Shown: piece by piece, positions 14,030 to 26,885 of the stretch
How the letters are laid out: each line of letters begins with the position of its first letter
Numbering within the stretch: the first letter of the stretch is position 1
Assembly: GCF_032062105.1 (NCBI RefSeq)
Contig: NW_026939884.1
Coordinates: 744,001-808,000 of the forward strand
Length of the DNA stretch: 64,000 nucleotides
Direction: 5' to 3'
From: Saccostrea cucullata
Taxonomy: Eukaryota
Translations under genes and position numbers: made by a program
Notes under the pieces: generated by a model
The model's database searches: none
Seen by the model: the letters and a program-made list of their open reading frames with translations, nothing else
What the model was told of the DNA's origin: nothing

Positions 14030-17000
14030 ATGGATCAAACGAGATGTAAGTATTAACCCCTGTATTAAAATAACTATTTTTTTAATTTTCTATCAATTCA
14101 AAGTTCTGATAACATTAAACAAATTAAGTAATAAAGGAGAGAAAACTATTGTCTATTGTGATACATGATTATGACAATATGCTGAGGACACAAGCTAATC
14201 GTTAGATGAAATGTATGGAGCTAATGAACAGTATTTAAGCTCAAAATACATAACACAATACAAAATAGGAGGAGAGCAAACACCGACCTCCAGAAGTGGG
14301 ATCAAGTGCCATGGAGAAGTGAGCATCCACCTACCGGTCACACCCGCTTTGTGCTCCTTGTCATGATCTGGAAATAACGGAAAATCCGTTGTCAATTCAA
14401 TGTGTAAATAATGGACAATTACTTTGAAAAATGTCAGTCAGCATTTGACTCAATGAAACATTGTATTTTCTGACAAGGTCATTTTATCGACCATAGTGCT
14501 TACTTGTTTTTCAATAATTTACCTCGTTTTAGAAATTGAACACACATATAGCTTGCTCTTGCGTTTCGAATCAACTGAGAGATATAAACTCCGGATGAAG
14601 GTATATTGCTGCATAAGTAAGGGAAGTTGACGATTGAAAAGTTAAAGTCATCACGTTTATCATAGAGCTTGGTTGTTATATAATCATTAACGTCCTTTTC
14701 AAGTAAAATATCAAAATATATATTAAAAAAAAATGTCAGACTCTGTGGTATCTTATTATTATATTATTCATCACTTTGATTTCACATTGAACTCTATAAA
14801 TTTATATACACGTAACAATGAGATAAATATTGGCATTTAGAAATATACTTTCCAAATTGCTGCCATACATTTTATCTCTCCCTAATACTGTCAGACTCTG
14901 TGGTATCTTATTATTATATTATTCATCACTTTGATTTCACATTGAACTCTATAAATTTATATACAACAGTAACAACAGTAGTGATTTTTCTTCAACGTGA
15001 TAGAGAAAAATTTACAACAATTCGATTGTTTGCTGTGATAATCATTTCGTTGGTGTCTGTGATCCTTTTTGAAGAAAAAATACGTACACATTTTGGAGAA
15101 TTAAAAAATAAGGATGCATATTTTGAACCAAAAGAGGCAACATAAAAATCCTTTATAAATCTCATTTTCATTTATCATTAAAATAATCACTTTAAAATAA
15201 AAAAAAAATATTGTAGGAATCAAACACATATTAAACCAATTGAAATAATAGGGCAAAACATTGCGTAAAAATAATTTGCCTTCAATTTCAAAACTCAGAT
15301 TAAATAAAAAAAAATTAAACAATATTTAATTTGCGTTAGAAATGTTCAGTATGTAATTTCAAATAAATTGGAGTTCAATTTAAAAAAAAACCCCTCTGTA
15401 TCTACATTAAAAATTATTAATTTCATAACGTTAAATTCATAAATAATATTAAACTAAATTTCACATTCTCTTAACCCCCTTCCCCGCAGTAACGCATTTT
15501 AACGCATATACCGTTTCCTATTTCTAACGCAAAATCACGCATTTACCGTTTCCCCGCAATCATGCATTTTCACGCACTATAAAAAGTTCATTTAATCTTC
15601 AATTTATTGCCAAATCCCAACTAATTTATACTTGCTTAAATCTCATAAAATAAGAAAATTTATTTTCTAATTAAAATATTACGTCATAATATTATTTACG
15701 CTAAGACATTAGAGAAACTTGTACCCCGCTGTAAAGTGCTTGCGGGGAAATTGTAACGTAATATATCTATGACGCGAGGATTCGGTGTATGTTGCAAATC
15801 AATTCAATAAGTTGTAAAGAGTTAATATACACATATCGACATCCGACACGGAATAATCATTCGTATTAGAGACATCAGTAAAAGTCTACTTCACTAATTA
15901 CAGATATATCTTAATTTATACTCCAGAAGTTCAAAATATAAGGATAGATCGAATTTCACACAAATTATATTTAACCAAAAATAATAATAATGTAACTGAA
16001 TTTTTACAGATTTCTCCGTTTTCTCAATCAGAACGATGGGACAATTGGGTGGGGGTGGGGTGACCTGTCGAGATGCTTACTTCTCATAGCCTCTGATTCC
16101 ATTGCTTATATTTCTGTAGGGATGCGTTTCTCTTTCTTTCGCATCGTATTGTTTCAGTGGGCTTTTGAGTAATATAACTGTTCATTATCATTACATTTCA
16201 CGCAGAAATATAAGAATGATCAATCAAAGAAAGAAACATTAATCTCAGAATATAGTTTACTGAGTCCCTTTCTTTCCCCATAATAACTAATATTTATTTT
16301 TTACCTAGTTATTATTCCAGTAAATGTACTGCAACTTATCATTGTTCAATCATGATTGTCTGAACATTGTGTAAGAGAATGGCAGTTTTCTTCTTTGGGC
16401 TTTGATGGGAACTGGAGTGTCATGCATGAGAGCAAAATGTTTTTAAAATGTCAAAATCGGAAACTTAAATTAACAAACGCATCTCCTAATATTGAGAATT
16501 TTAAAGGGCATTATTAAAAGATGACAAATTTTGTTTTATATTACTAAAAAGGTCTTTTCCCTATCAGCTATACAGGCAATCCGAAAATCAGATTGCTAAC
16601 TATGTATTTGTGTTTTATAAACCACTAAAATTAAATTGGTGAAATATATGGTTAACAAAGACCATTCAAACTCAAAAATCCATTTAACCATACAAATCAG
16701 GAGCAGAGGAACTTACAGAAAAATCCATGGACAATTCTAGATGGAAATAATGGCCTTGTTCATTGATTCATATAATATATGAAATAAAACTAGAGGTACT
16801 GTGAGCAATGAGCTTACTAAATGACACACCCGCCTCCCATATGAATATAAAGACAGTGTCCATGTTTTGCTATATGGAAAACCAAAAATATGTTTCGGAT
16901 CTAAAAGTAAAATAGACAGTACGCAATGGCAATATGTAATATTTAAAGATTCTATGAAAGTTTCATCAAAATTTCATTCAGTGTTAGAAGAAAAGTTGCG

Positions 17001-20000
17001 GATAAGTGATGGGTACCCCAAAGCGTAACGGACGGACGGACATACAGACGAACGGACGGGCATCCCGATTACTATATACCCTCCCGCTTTTCAAGGGGGG
17101 GGGTATAATAATTGATAATTTAAATTTTAAAAAAAGACAGTAATAATCAATGCTTAATAAGTAAACTATTTACTTTATCATTATTTTGGATATCACTTGC
17201 GCCCAGTTATCAGCAGACCTATTTTTGTATTCATATGAAGCAGAATTTGTCAAAAATCTTATGCGTGAAAAGAAGAAAACACTTGCTGTGGCCTTCAACT
17301 CAACATTTATGAATATATATCGACAACGTATTGTCAATTAACATATATCGACAACGTATTGTCAATTAACAATGCTATTTTCCATTGTTATTTCGATACG
17401 ATATATATCCTGGTAAGTTTCAGATAAAAGATATATCAGAGTTTGACACAATTATTTCATATTTGGATACTTTACTTGAAAAAGACGTTAATGATAATCT
17501 AACAACCATGCTCTATGATAAACTTGATGAAATGTCTTTTCAATCATCAACTTTCCTTTCTTATGCAGCAATATACCTTAATCACCTGCATACAGAGTTT
17601 ACACTTGTATGTTTCAGTTGATTCAATACGCAAAAGTATGCTCTACGTATGAACAATTTCTAAAACGAGGTTAATGATTGACAATCAAGTTGATAATACA
17701 AGAATATCAGCAGTCTCGTTAAAAGTCATCAATTCGTAAGTTCTACGGTCGTGTAGTCGATATAATGACCTTGTCAGCAATACAATTTATCATTGAGTCA
17801 AATGCTGATTGACATTTTTCATACCAATTGTTAGTCTATTATTTATACACTGAATTAACGTTGGATTTCCCCGTCATTTCTGAATCATGACAACGAGCAC
17901 ACGGCAGGTGTGACCGGTCGGCAGGGGGTGCTAATTTCTCCATGGCACCTGAGTCCACCTCTGATGTTTTGGAGGTCCGCGTTTGCTTTGCTCCCATTTT
18001 GTTTTTTCTTTTTAATGGATTTTTGATCTCGAATACTGTTCGTTATCTCCATATGTTTCATTTTAGTATTCCTACTTTTTATGGTCGTATCTTTCCTGAA
18101 TGTAATCAAATATATTTTTACTTTTTAAAAAATGTATTTCATTAAATACGTTTACAAGAAAAATCAAATGACCTCGAGCGTTAATTTGAAATTTGGTGAT
18201 TCAAATTGGTATCGACATTGAAACTGTTGTGTATGTGTACATACACTGTGTATAGATATTTATCGTAATGCCTTACTTTATGTACTTTTAATTAGAACTA
18301 GTATAGAAAAACACGTGACCATTGTGCACGAGATATGATAACTAACCACCACTATAAGCGTGATACTGAAGGCCATAGATGCAGACAACATGTCAATAAG
18401 AAAACAAAATTCGTGAACAGTCTGATATTGACATGTGGATGCAATTCTTCAATAATTAGAATAAAATCAAACTGATGTCCAAATAACGTTATGTTCAATT
18501 TCTACATTTAACACCTATCACTTAATTTTATTTCAGGGGGATGTCGATACCTGTTACTGGCGTGTGATTGTCTTATTGCCTTCGGATGTTTCTACTGTGT
18601 GGACATCCCCAGTGCTCTACAAACAGAACTACAAAGCTCTCATCATGTGAGATCTTAAAGCACTTAATTACATGTAACCATATACTAGTAACTTTTGATA
18701 GCATGCAATTTCTCTCTTCACAAAATCTATAAAGGTAAACTTATTTTCCAAGCACTTAAAGAGAATATGAGACTGTAACATGCATTCCTATTAAATAATT
18801 TTCCTTAGACAGTCTATATGACATTGATTATCTTGATTGATGTAATTCTAATTTTCTTTTAAAATATATTGATAATGCAACAACTGTTATTAGAACTTAT
18901 TGCAAAATCATATGATAGATATCATTCATGGATCTAAATCTAATTGCAGGAAAACTGTAGTGATGTTCCAAAGAATGTGACTTGTTGTGAGGAATGTCTG
19001 GGCATAGGACCGGATCATTACAATCAACTTTATGCTGTTTTCTCGTGGACGTAGGTTTTATCTTATGTGTACAAAATTCATAATAGAAACAGAATTACCT
19101 TGAGTACATATTCACTGAATAGATAAATGTTATAGTTTTATTTGCACAGAGATGCTGTTATTATAAAGTATGCACACATGAATTTTATCGTTGTAGAAAC
19201 GCCATCATCGTTTTACCTATAGGGGTAATACTGGATCGCATAGGAAACAGGAGTATGCAAAACACTTCATATGACACTATAAAATAATTATAAGAAATGA
19301 TTTTTTCTTCTTTAATTAAGTTTCAAAAACATAAAATTAAATCAAAGTCATTTCCTTTTTATTATTTAAAGTGACAGCGATTCTTTCCACATCAATGGCC
19401 GCCATTGGTTCGTCTTTATTTGCGCTGTCTGTTATGCCTGGGTTTAAGTTGACATCAGCCATGTTTCCAATGATGCTTGCAAGTAGAGCAATTCTAGGAG
19501 CTGCTAATGGTGGATGTCAACGTAGGTATTCAATAGCATATCAATGAAATCATTCTGCTAAAAAATACATATAATACATAGCTTTATATTAATTTAAAAG
19601 CAAATTACAAATGTAGTATTTTTGTTTTATTCCTTTTTACTTTTTTTTGTTATCATGTCATTAAAATGACATCTGTATAAACATTTACCATAAAATTGCA
19701 AACCTGAGAATTTCAAATGCTCTCTATACTTAAATAACAGTTGTTCAAGATCGAGTTATTGCCTATTGGTTTCCGGACAAACTTGGTTTAGCTTTTGGAG
19801 CTATTGTGAGCGTCATAAGATGTGGCAACGTGTTGAATTTCTTTATCACATCCAATATTGCAAAGGTCTACGGCGTTCCGATGGCGCTTTGGACAGGTAA
19901 ACAGAACTCAGTTTTTCAATTTCTTACATTTATTTGAGCTGTTACATATCAAGTACTTTAGTAAGTAATGGATTTGGTCAAATGTTTGCAGGTGCTCTTA

Positions 20001-23000
20001 TGTGCGGTGTTGGGTTTATGGCAGCAGTGGGATACTGTATTTTAGACGCCATTGGAAGTGGAAAACTGGACAAAACTCACGTGTTTAACATCAAATCTCA
20101 ACCAGTAGTGAGTTAATGAATCAATTTACATCCAAAACATACTGAAGTATAATAACTGCAGAAGACAAGTCGTCTACAATAAGTTCTGTGAAGTTAGATT
20201 TAAAAGAAAAACTGTATAGAGAATCTTAGCTGACTACTAATTTGATGACGGAAAACACTGAAAAATAGACACGAATCTTCATACTTTAATGCTTGAATAT
20301 TTAGCAAAATATTTTGAGTTATAAATATATCTTATCATCTAGATAAATCAAAATGTATTAAGTATTGTGTGAGGAGCTGTATAATATATTGTCTTTTTTC
20401 CCAAACAGAAATTCAGCGATATTAGAAACTTCCCTTTGTCTTATTGGCTTGTCGCAGTAATGATCTCTACATATTATAGCTGTTTTATTCCTTACGTGGC
20501 AAATGGGAGGTAAGCCCTAAGAAGCATTTCAAAGACTTTCCAAGACTTTTATCAGTATCGCTTTAACATCTTTCAATCAAATGTAGTTTGTCTCTTTTCT
20601 AATTTGTAGTTTGTTTATTTTCTATATTTGTAAATTTTTAAAACTTGATTTCGTTGCATTTATTGATAAATACTATCGTTTTCTCACACGTATAAGAATG
20701 TTGATTGTCATCTTACCTTTTTTTCAGTAAATTCATTCAGGACAAGTATGGTTATTCCCGTGTGGAGTCGTCCTATATCAATGGAGCTGTTTATGACGTA
20801 TCCATTATTGTCTGTCTAACCACGGGCTTAATTCTCGTAAGATTTTCACATCTCATTTGAATTCTTGATTGAGACATTTTTTTAATTAACGAGTGCTGTT
20901 TATTAATGAAGGATACATGACACATACAAAAATTGATCCGAGGATTTGATATCTTTTTTGACTGGTTTTTAATAGAAATGACAAAAATAAAACATACCTA
21001 TACTTAAGTATAAAAGAAATCGTAAGTTGTCTTGGGTGATTAATGAGCGACTTTTTTTCGTTTTGTAAGTAATTTTATGCAAAGTTTTCACCTATTTTTA
21101 ACACTGTGAAAAAATCTTGCCAGTTCTCCCATTTTATATGGCAAACACTATACTGATCAATATGTGGATTCCTACTCATTGAAATATATAAGACAAATTA
21201 AAGATTATCTATCCCTGGTTATATTTATAAATTTTGGCCAAAAGTAGAAAAAAAATTGTTTGTTGAAAGAGAAAGATTCATATAATTCATATACCTGACT
21301 TTACTAGCTCAGGTCTTCCTGTTGTTCAAATTTTAGTCAATCCTAGTCGTGTCTTGGTGCTGAAATAAAACAAATCAGTAGTAATGAAAAATGGGAGATA
21401 AAGAACAGTATCTAAGCTAAAATGTCCATTTAAAAAATACAAACCATGAGAGCAAACATGGACCTGGACCTCTAAAACATCAGAGGTGAGAGCAAATGTC
21501 AAAAAAGAGTGGAATCCCCTGACGACCTGTCACACCAGCCGTGTGCTCTTTGTCATGATCAAGAAAACTGAAAAAAAGTCCATATACAATACAGTGTAAA
21601 ATAATGGTTTAAGAAATAATATAAAATGTCCATCAGCATTCGATTTAATGACAGGTTGTATTTACTAAAAGGCCATATCTTACTTCGTTTAGAAATTGAT
21701 TGTAAGTATTGCATGCTTTTGCATATCGAGTCAACTTACAGATATAAACACCATTTCTCCGAGATAGAGATACTGTAGTATATTGCTACATAAGTAAGGG
21801 AACCAGACAAAAATCCCTTCTTCACGTCTTTTTTCTAATTTTGAAAATATCCAAATAAGAAACAGATGTGTCACTCTCAGTTGTATCTTTCATTTAGAGC
21901 TCACTGGGATACTGTGTCGACATACGAATGGAAGGAATTTATAAGGCGCCGTTTCGGTATTTACTGCCAAAATTTTTTTTTCAAATTAAAAAGGTGATAC
22001 CACCTATTCGAATATCTGATATCACCATATCATTTTGAATAGGTGATTTCACTTATTCGAATAGGTGATATCACCTATTCAAATTATTTATGAAATAACA
22101 ACGACAATAACCAAGGCTATAGGTCCCGAAATCTTATTTACTTTCACTCTCGTTTTATAACTCATGATCGTTCTAGGAGACAAAAGATAACAGTTTTGAA
22201 TTTAGTTTTAAGCAACCCCAATACATGCAATAGAACTTGTAGTTTGTTTTGCTCACAAATTAATTTATGTCACTTATCTATTACGTATATTATAAGAAAA
22301 ATCGTGAAAAACGCACGAAAACTGGGTAGTCCGGATTTTCTTGGTTCCAGTGGTAATCTATATATTATAGGGAGCATTAATTATTCATTATTGTAATAAA
22401 TTCCAATAGGTGATATCTAATATTCGAATTGGTGATATCAACAATTCAAATTGAATAGGTGATATCACTTATTCGAATAGGTAATATCACCTTTTCAGCA
22501 AGAATAGGAAATTTAACCTATTCGAATAGGTGATATCACCTATTCATTTCCAATAGGTAATGACATCAATTCGAATAGGTGTTATCACCTATTCAAATAA
22601 GTGATCACACCTATTCGAATAGGTGATATCACCTATTGGAAATGAATAGGTGATATCAACAATTCAAATATGTGATATCGCCTATTCGAATAAGTGATAT
22701 CACTTATTCAAATAGGTGATATCACTTTTTGCCAGTAAAAATCAAAACGGCGCCTTATAGGAATTATTATAAATTAATAATATGATCGATATATGGTCGA
22801 TATATCTACATTTTTGATGTCTAGTTCATGGTCACACATTTTACTTCTTATGTATAATATATTTTCAAAGTGGCTTCATAGATACAAAAATAGCTTTGCT
22901 AAAAACGGGCCACAGTTGGTACCAATGGTCAAGCCAAATGACAGTGAGATACAGATCTCTAAAAGAGATTCTTGTACGTAACTATAGAATTGTAAAATAA

Positions 23001-24645
23001 TGGGTAGGGTTTTGATAAAGATACAATAGGCAAGAAAAAAGGAAAAGCTTTGTAAACTCACAGTAGTCACACATAAACGTAAGACACATCAGTGCATGAA
23101 ACATATGGAGATAACGAACAGTATTCAAGATCAAAGGTCAATAAAACAATACAAAATAGGAGCGGACACGGACCTCCAAAACATCAGAGGTGGGATCAGG
23201 TGCCATGGAGGAGTGAGCATCCGCTGCCGACCTGACACACCCTCCGTGTTCTCCTTGTCTAAGGATTAACATATCATTAGCAGAATATACAATGGGTCCG
23301 TGTTTTTTCTCCGTCAAAGAATCGTCTTTTGAGCTTGAATACTGTTCGTTTTCTCCATATTTTTCTTTTCTTACTGCGAGAGAGTGATCCTCTTCGCTAT
23401 CCGAAAATTCTACATTTTCTTCTTTTTCCTGAACCACGTATTTTCTAAATTTACATTATACTGAACTGAATTTTAGCATTGATATCTAATTTTGATTGCA
23501 TACACTTTTATTTGCAAGAAAAGCTATCTACAACTGTTCAACTAAACAATTGGTTGAACTTTATGTTTAATTTTTGTTTTTCGATCAACATTGATTGTTT
23601 CCCTTTGTTTGTAGGACAGATTTGGAGGAAGAGCAATCTCATCAACTCTTGGGGCGGCACTCTGTGTTCCTGTTATAATTTTCCTTGCATTCTTTGATTT
23701 CCCTCCCCTAGTACTTACCATTTGTTTTGGAACTTTTTATTCCGTCACAGTTGTATGTATCACTATGATTTGTTTGTGCTGATAAAAAATCTCTCCATTT
23801 TTACGAAAAAAAACAAAGTGCATTTTTAATCTGTTTAGTTTTAATTGCCATAATAATGACTGCATGAAACAAATTTATTTAGTAATTAGAGTAAAGATAT
23901 AAGACATGATAATGACAAAGAGAAATCTTTTCTTTTCTTAAAGAAAAATAAATCTCTCTAATCTTCAATGTTTATTCTTCTTAAGGTGAGTCTGTGGCCA
24001 TCTATTGCTAAAGTTGTCCCGCTTGCAACTGTTGGAACTGCAAATGGCATTGCCGCCTTTCTGCAGGGGTTAAATATTGGCATGACTAACCTAGGAGTCG
24101 GTAAAATTCTGGGTTCTGTTGAGAAGTAAGTGTTCGTTCTTAAGGCAATACAAATCTATATGTAATTATTTTCATGTAAAAAAAAACACATACAAATTAT
24201 GAAAATCTTTTTGAGCATTTAAACTTCTTAAATTCTTTTTTCTATTTGAAATAAACTGGTATATATAAAGAAATAGTTTGAAAATAATATCAAATCATCT
24301 GTTTAAAAGATCTGATGTGAACAAAAGACTCACCGATTGGAAAATTGCACTCACAATTCTATTATGTCAAGCCTCTATTTGCACTGTACTAGGAATTTGG
24401 CTCAACGTCAATGAAAAATTAAAGGTATGTTTTGATTTCTTGTAATGCAACGCCCTTTTAATACAGATTCTTTTTAATGCTACGATTTAACGTTGTGTTT
24501 TAAATATTTTTATCAGAAGGGATCCTTGAATGGGCGATACAAGAAGATGTCGGCCTTCACGTCTCCCTCAGAGAAGTCTAAACTGATAGTGGACAAGGAG
24601 GACTTCTATGATTCCATTGACTCTGGTTATTCAATACAGGCCTAA
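14030..24645 (+). CDS. MFSD1: MFSD1-like lysosomal major facilitator superfamily transporter (~478 aa, 13 coding exons)
   Basis: Exons 14030-14045, 18537-18646, 18950-19050, 19197-19252, 19372-19521, 19741-19896, 19992-20107, 20409-20509, 20728-20836, 23615-23752, 23986-24125, 24310-24424, 24517-24645. All introns are GT-AG and the total is 1437 nt in frame. The protein shows MFS motif A (GVILDRIGNR; GLILDRFGGR) and MFSD1-like blocks (FGCFYCVDIPSALQ, YNQLYAVFSWTN, IAYWF..LGLAFG, KFSDIRNFPLSYW, KFIQDKYG, SLWPSIAKVVP..TVGTANG). The 16-nt first exon (MDQTR) is the least certain part. Confidence 0.85.
14205..14752 (-). mobile_element. Degenerate Naiad-type PLE copy in MFSD1 intron 1
   Basis: Minus-strand 3' block (accggtcacacccgc..gtgctccttgtcatgatc) and RT C-terminal sequence (gtaagggaagttgacgat). 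Confidence 0.8.
14734..14965. repeat. 77-bp perfect direct duplication (14734-14810 and 14889-14965)
   Basis: tgtcagactctgtggtatcttattattatattattcatcactttgatttcacattgaactctataaatttatataca occurs twice, separated by 78 bp. Confidence 0.9.
16788..17110. mobile_element. Helentron/HINE (pearl/CvA-like) non-autonomous element
   Basis: Starts aactagagg and ends with a (gacg/gaca)n microsatellite, a GC-rich palindrome (ataccctccc..gggggggtat) and aa. Confidence 0.55.
17190..18062 (+). mobile_element. Naiad-type PLE copy (RT motifs B-C to 3' UTR)
   Basis: Contains CAQLSADLFLYSYEAEF, a YID-coding stretch (locally duplicated, 17316-17370), the RT C-terminus and the full 3' block ending atctccatatgtttcat. 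Confidence 0.85.
21400..22990 (-). mobile_element. Degenerate Naiad-type PLE copy interrupted by an IS3EU-like MITE
   Basis: 3' block at ~21440-21560. The RT reading continues across the MITE: minus-strand GLTIGTNCGPFLAKLFLY (motif B, ~22880-22935) and RYID (~22797-22808). Confidence 0.7.
21940..22759. mobile_element. IS3EU-like non-autonomous DNA transposon (MITE) with palindromic subterminal arrays
   Basis: Termini TATAAGGCGCCGTTT...AAACGGCGCCTTATA (TAY..RTA). A 6-bp TSD GGAATT sits at 21934-21939 and 22760-22765. Internal ~22-bp repeats read tattcgaataggtgatatcacc. Confidence 0.7.
23095..23365. mobile_element. Naiad 3'-end copy (minus, 23095-23265) plus a short inverted tail (plus, ~23325-23365)
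   Basis: catatggagataacgaacagtattcaagatcaaa at ~23102 has a near reverse complement, ttttgagcttgaatactgttcgttttctccatat, at ~23327. Confidence 0.7.
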
Positions 24646-26699
24646 TCATTGAGCCTTAATTACATTTTTTTTAAAAAGTGCATGTGTTGTTCCTTCTTGT
24701 TGTTTCATTTAAAAGACAGATCATGTACATATATTATGATTTTTTAACATGATACTACATCTTGATGTATACCCAGTGTTTCAAGAAATGCTTTTTAATG
24801 CTTTTGTTTAAAATGATATTAATTGCTTCCAGAAACGTTTTATAATGCCTTATAACATATCAATCAATGTAACATTTCTGTAATATACATATTATCTTAC
24901 GATACACAACTTGCATCTGTTTGACTTATTATACATGCACTTCCTGTTATCTCCTTATTTTGTGCTCTGCAAGACAGGAAGCCTTTTTAAACATAATAAT
25001 TATCAAGGATTTGTAAAACTAAAAATATTTCTGATACACGGAGAATGTTTCTATCCTTTTCATATTAATGGTGATAAAGTATTTTTTCCGGAAAAAAGGA
25101 ATTCAGGGAAGGAAAAAACTATTAGTAGGAAGGCCTACTAAACAAAGAGATCAAATATAGGATTTTTGCTTATAGCAACGTTGTTGTAAAAAGCATACTT
25201 ACCTAATCTTTATAACTCTTTTCCTTTGCTGAATTCTTGTCTTATTTCAATATTTTGTCAATGTGTAACAAAAGTAGACAGTGGAATAGTCAGTGTTTCC
25301 CGAGCATCACTGGGTCCCTGAATCTTTGATAACACACAAATGTAAAAGATTAGGCTTTCTGTTTTCAAATGTACTCATTTTGTATATTCGTGATTGACCA
25401 GAAGTATACCAAGTACACGGTATGTAATTCTTGAAAAATGCACAAATTATAAGAGACCTACAATTGTCTTTTGACTTAAAAATTTTCATTAATTTCTGGG
25501 AACACTATATCCTGATATATTTGTTTCTTATAGAAATTGTATAGCTCTTACAAAGTAAGTGTTTAATATTTAACTGTGGTTAATTTAATTTGAAACAATT
25601 AAGTGTACATATAGTTTCATTAAAGACATATTGTGTGAAGTTTTCGTGCTATATTTCCATTTGCTTATGATTTTTGAAAGTTACATTCCGTTACGCGATC
25701 TCAGTTTATATAAAATTCATTGCACTACATATTGTAGATGCGATTTACAGGTGTTTCAGTCTGGCTATATAGGTGCATAAAACGTGTTAATCTTACTACC
25801 ATTACTTTTTGTTGAATAAAATAAATAGAAGAAATATTGTTAGATTATTTTTAAAAGAGCTTATCTGACATAATCTAAGCTAAAATGTATTTATACAAGA
25901 ATGCATTCATGACGCCCACTACCCCCACACAAGAGGGGGGAACATTTATTTACCACTTTTGAAAAACTTTATTGGCGGTAAAAAGGGTTAATTATAACAG
26001 ATCTTTCGCCTGCAGTTTTAAGCCATGATACATGTACATTATTATGGTAGTTTGTTTGCATTCTTCTACCAATTAAAAGGAAGGACGCATGTGAAAATCT
26101 AGTGAATATTTCCTGTTAAATAAATTGATTTCCCGTTCAATAGTTTTTTTTGGCTGATTGCAGGATAATCTCAAAACAAAATTAATAACAACAGAAGATC
26201 TGGAAGTTAGCACCAAAAACTGCAAAACAAGGAAAATAAAAAAAAATGTAATTTGAAACACTAGCATTATTTAAATATGATTTTTTTTCCAGATAAATTC
26301 CAGATCATGTAACAAATACATGTATAATGAATATTTTTTATTACGACATTAATTGTTTTACTTTTCATATATAGCATACTCAAAAAATGTATACATACAT
26401 TTGTATACATATTTATCTATTTACTGATGACATTAATGTCAGTAATATAAGTGCAATAAAAGAAATTCACTATATTTGGGGGTATCTAATCCCTCGGATT
26501 TTGCAAATGCCCAGAAGTCTTCAAATCAATCAATTTTTTGTCGTGAATACTTTAAACTTTAAATCTATATCTTTCGTATGAGTGGATGGTTATGCGCCAT
26601 TTAAATAATTGGCAACAGAGTCATATAAAGAAAAACATCTTTAAAAAATAATATATCAATACCAATTGTTCTATCTTGATACTTATTCTGAATTTGACT

Positions 26700-26885
26700 A
26701 CATATTACCAAATCAATACACTGGACTCTTGCGCTTTTGACTGATCAAAAGGGGATGTTTTCTCCTCCTTGTCACCCAATCCCATTTCTGGAACTTCCAG
26801 GGTTTCGTGTTGTATGTCCTCTTTTCATCTTTGTATTGATTATAGATTTTTCAGACTGATCACTGTTCGTTATCTTAATCTTTAC
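26700..26885 (+). mobile_element. Diverged Naiad-type 3' UTR fragment
   Basis: ggggatg..ctcctcct..cacccaatccc..ccagggtttcgtgttg..gatcactgttcgttatct. Confidence 0.6.

Noticed and set aside
15471-15760. piggyBac-like MITE (ttaacccc..ttccccgca / tgcggggaa)
   Set aside because: Only a 9-bp inverted core is clear and the right TTAA is not intact, so it is too weak to call.
22400-22730. CRISPR-like array of palindromic repeats
   Set aside because: Units are contiguous with no unique spacers, lie between TIRs with a TSD, and there are no cas genes. This is a eukaryotic MITE.
23138-23437. Acidic 99-aa minus-strand ORF as a nested gene
   Set aside because: It is largely composed of two oppositely oriented Naiad 3'-tail fragments and has no recognisable domain.
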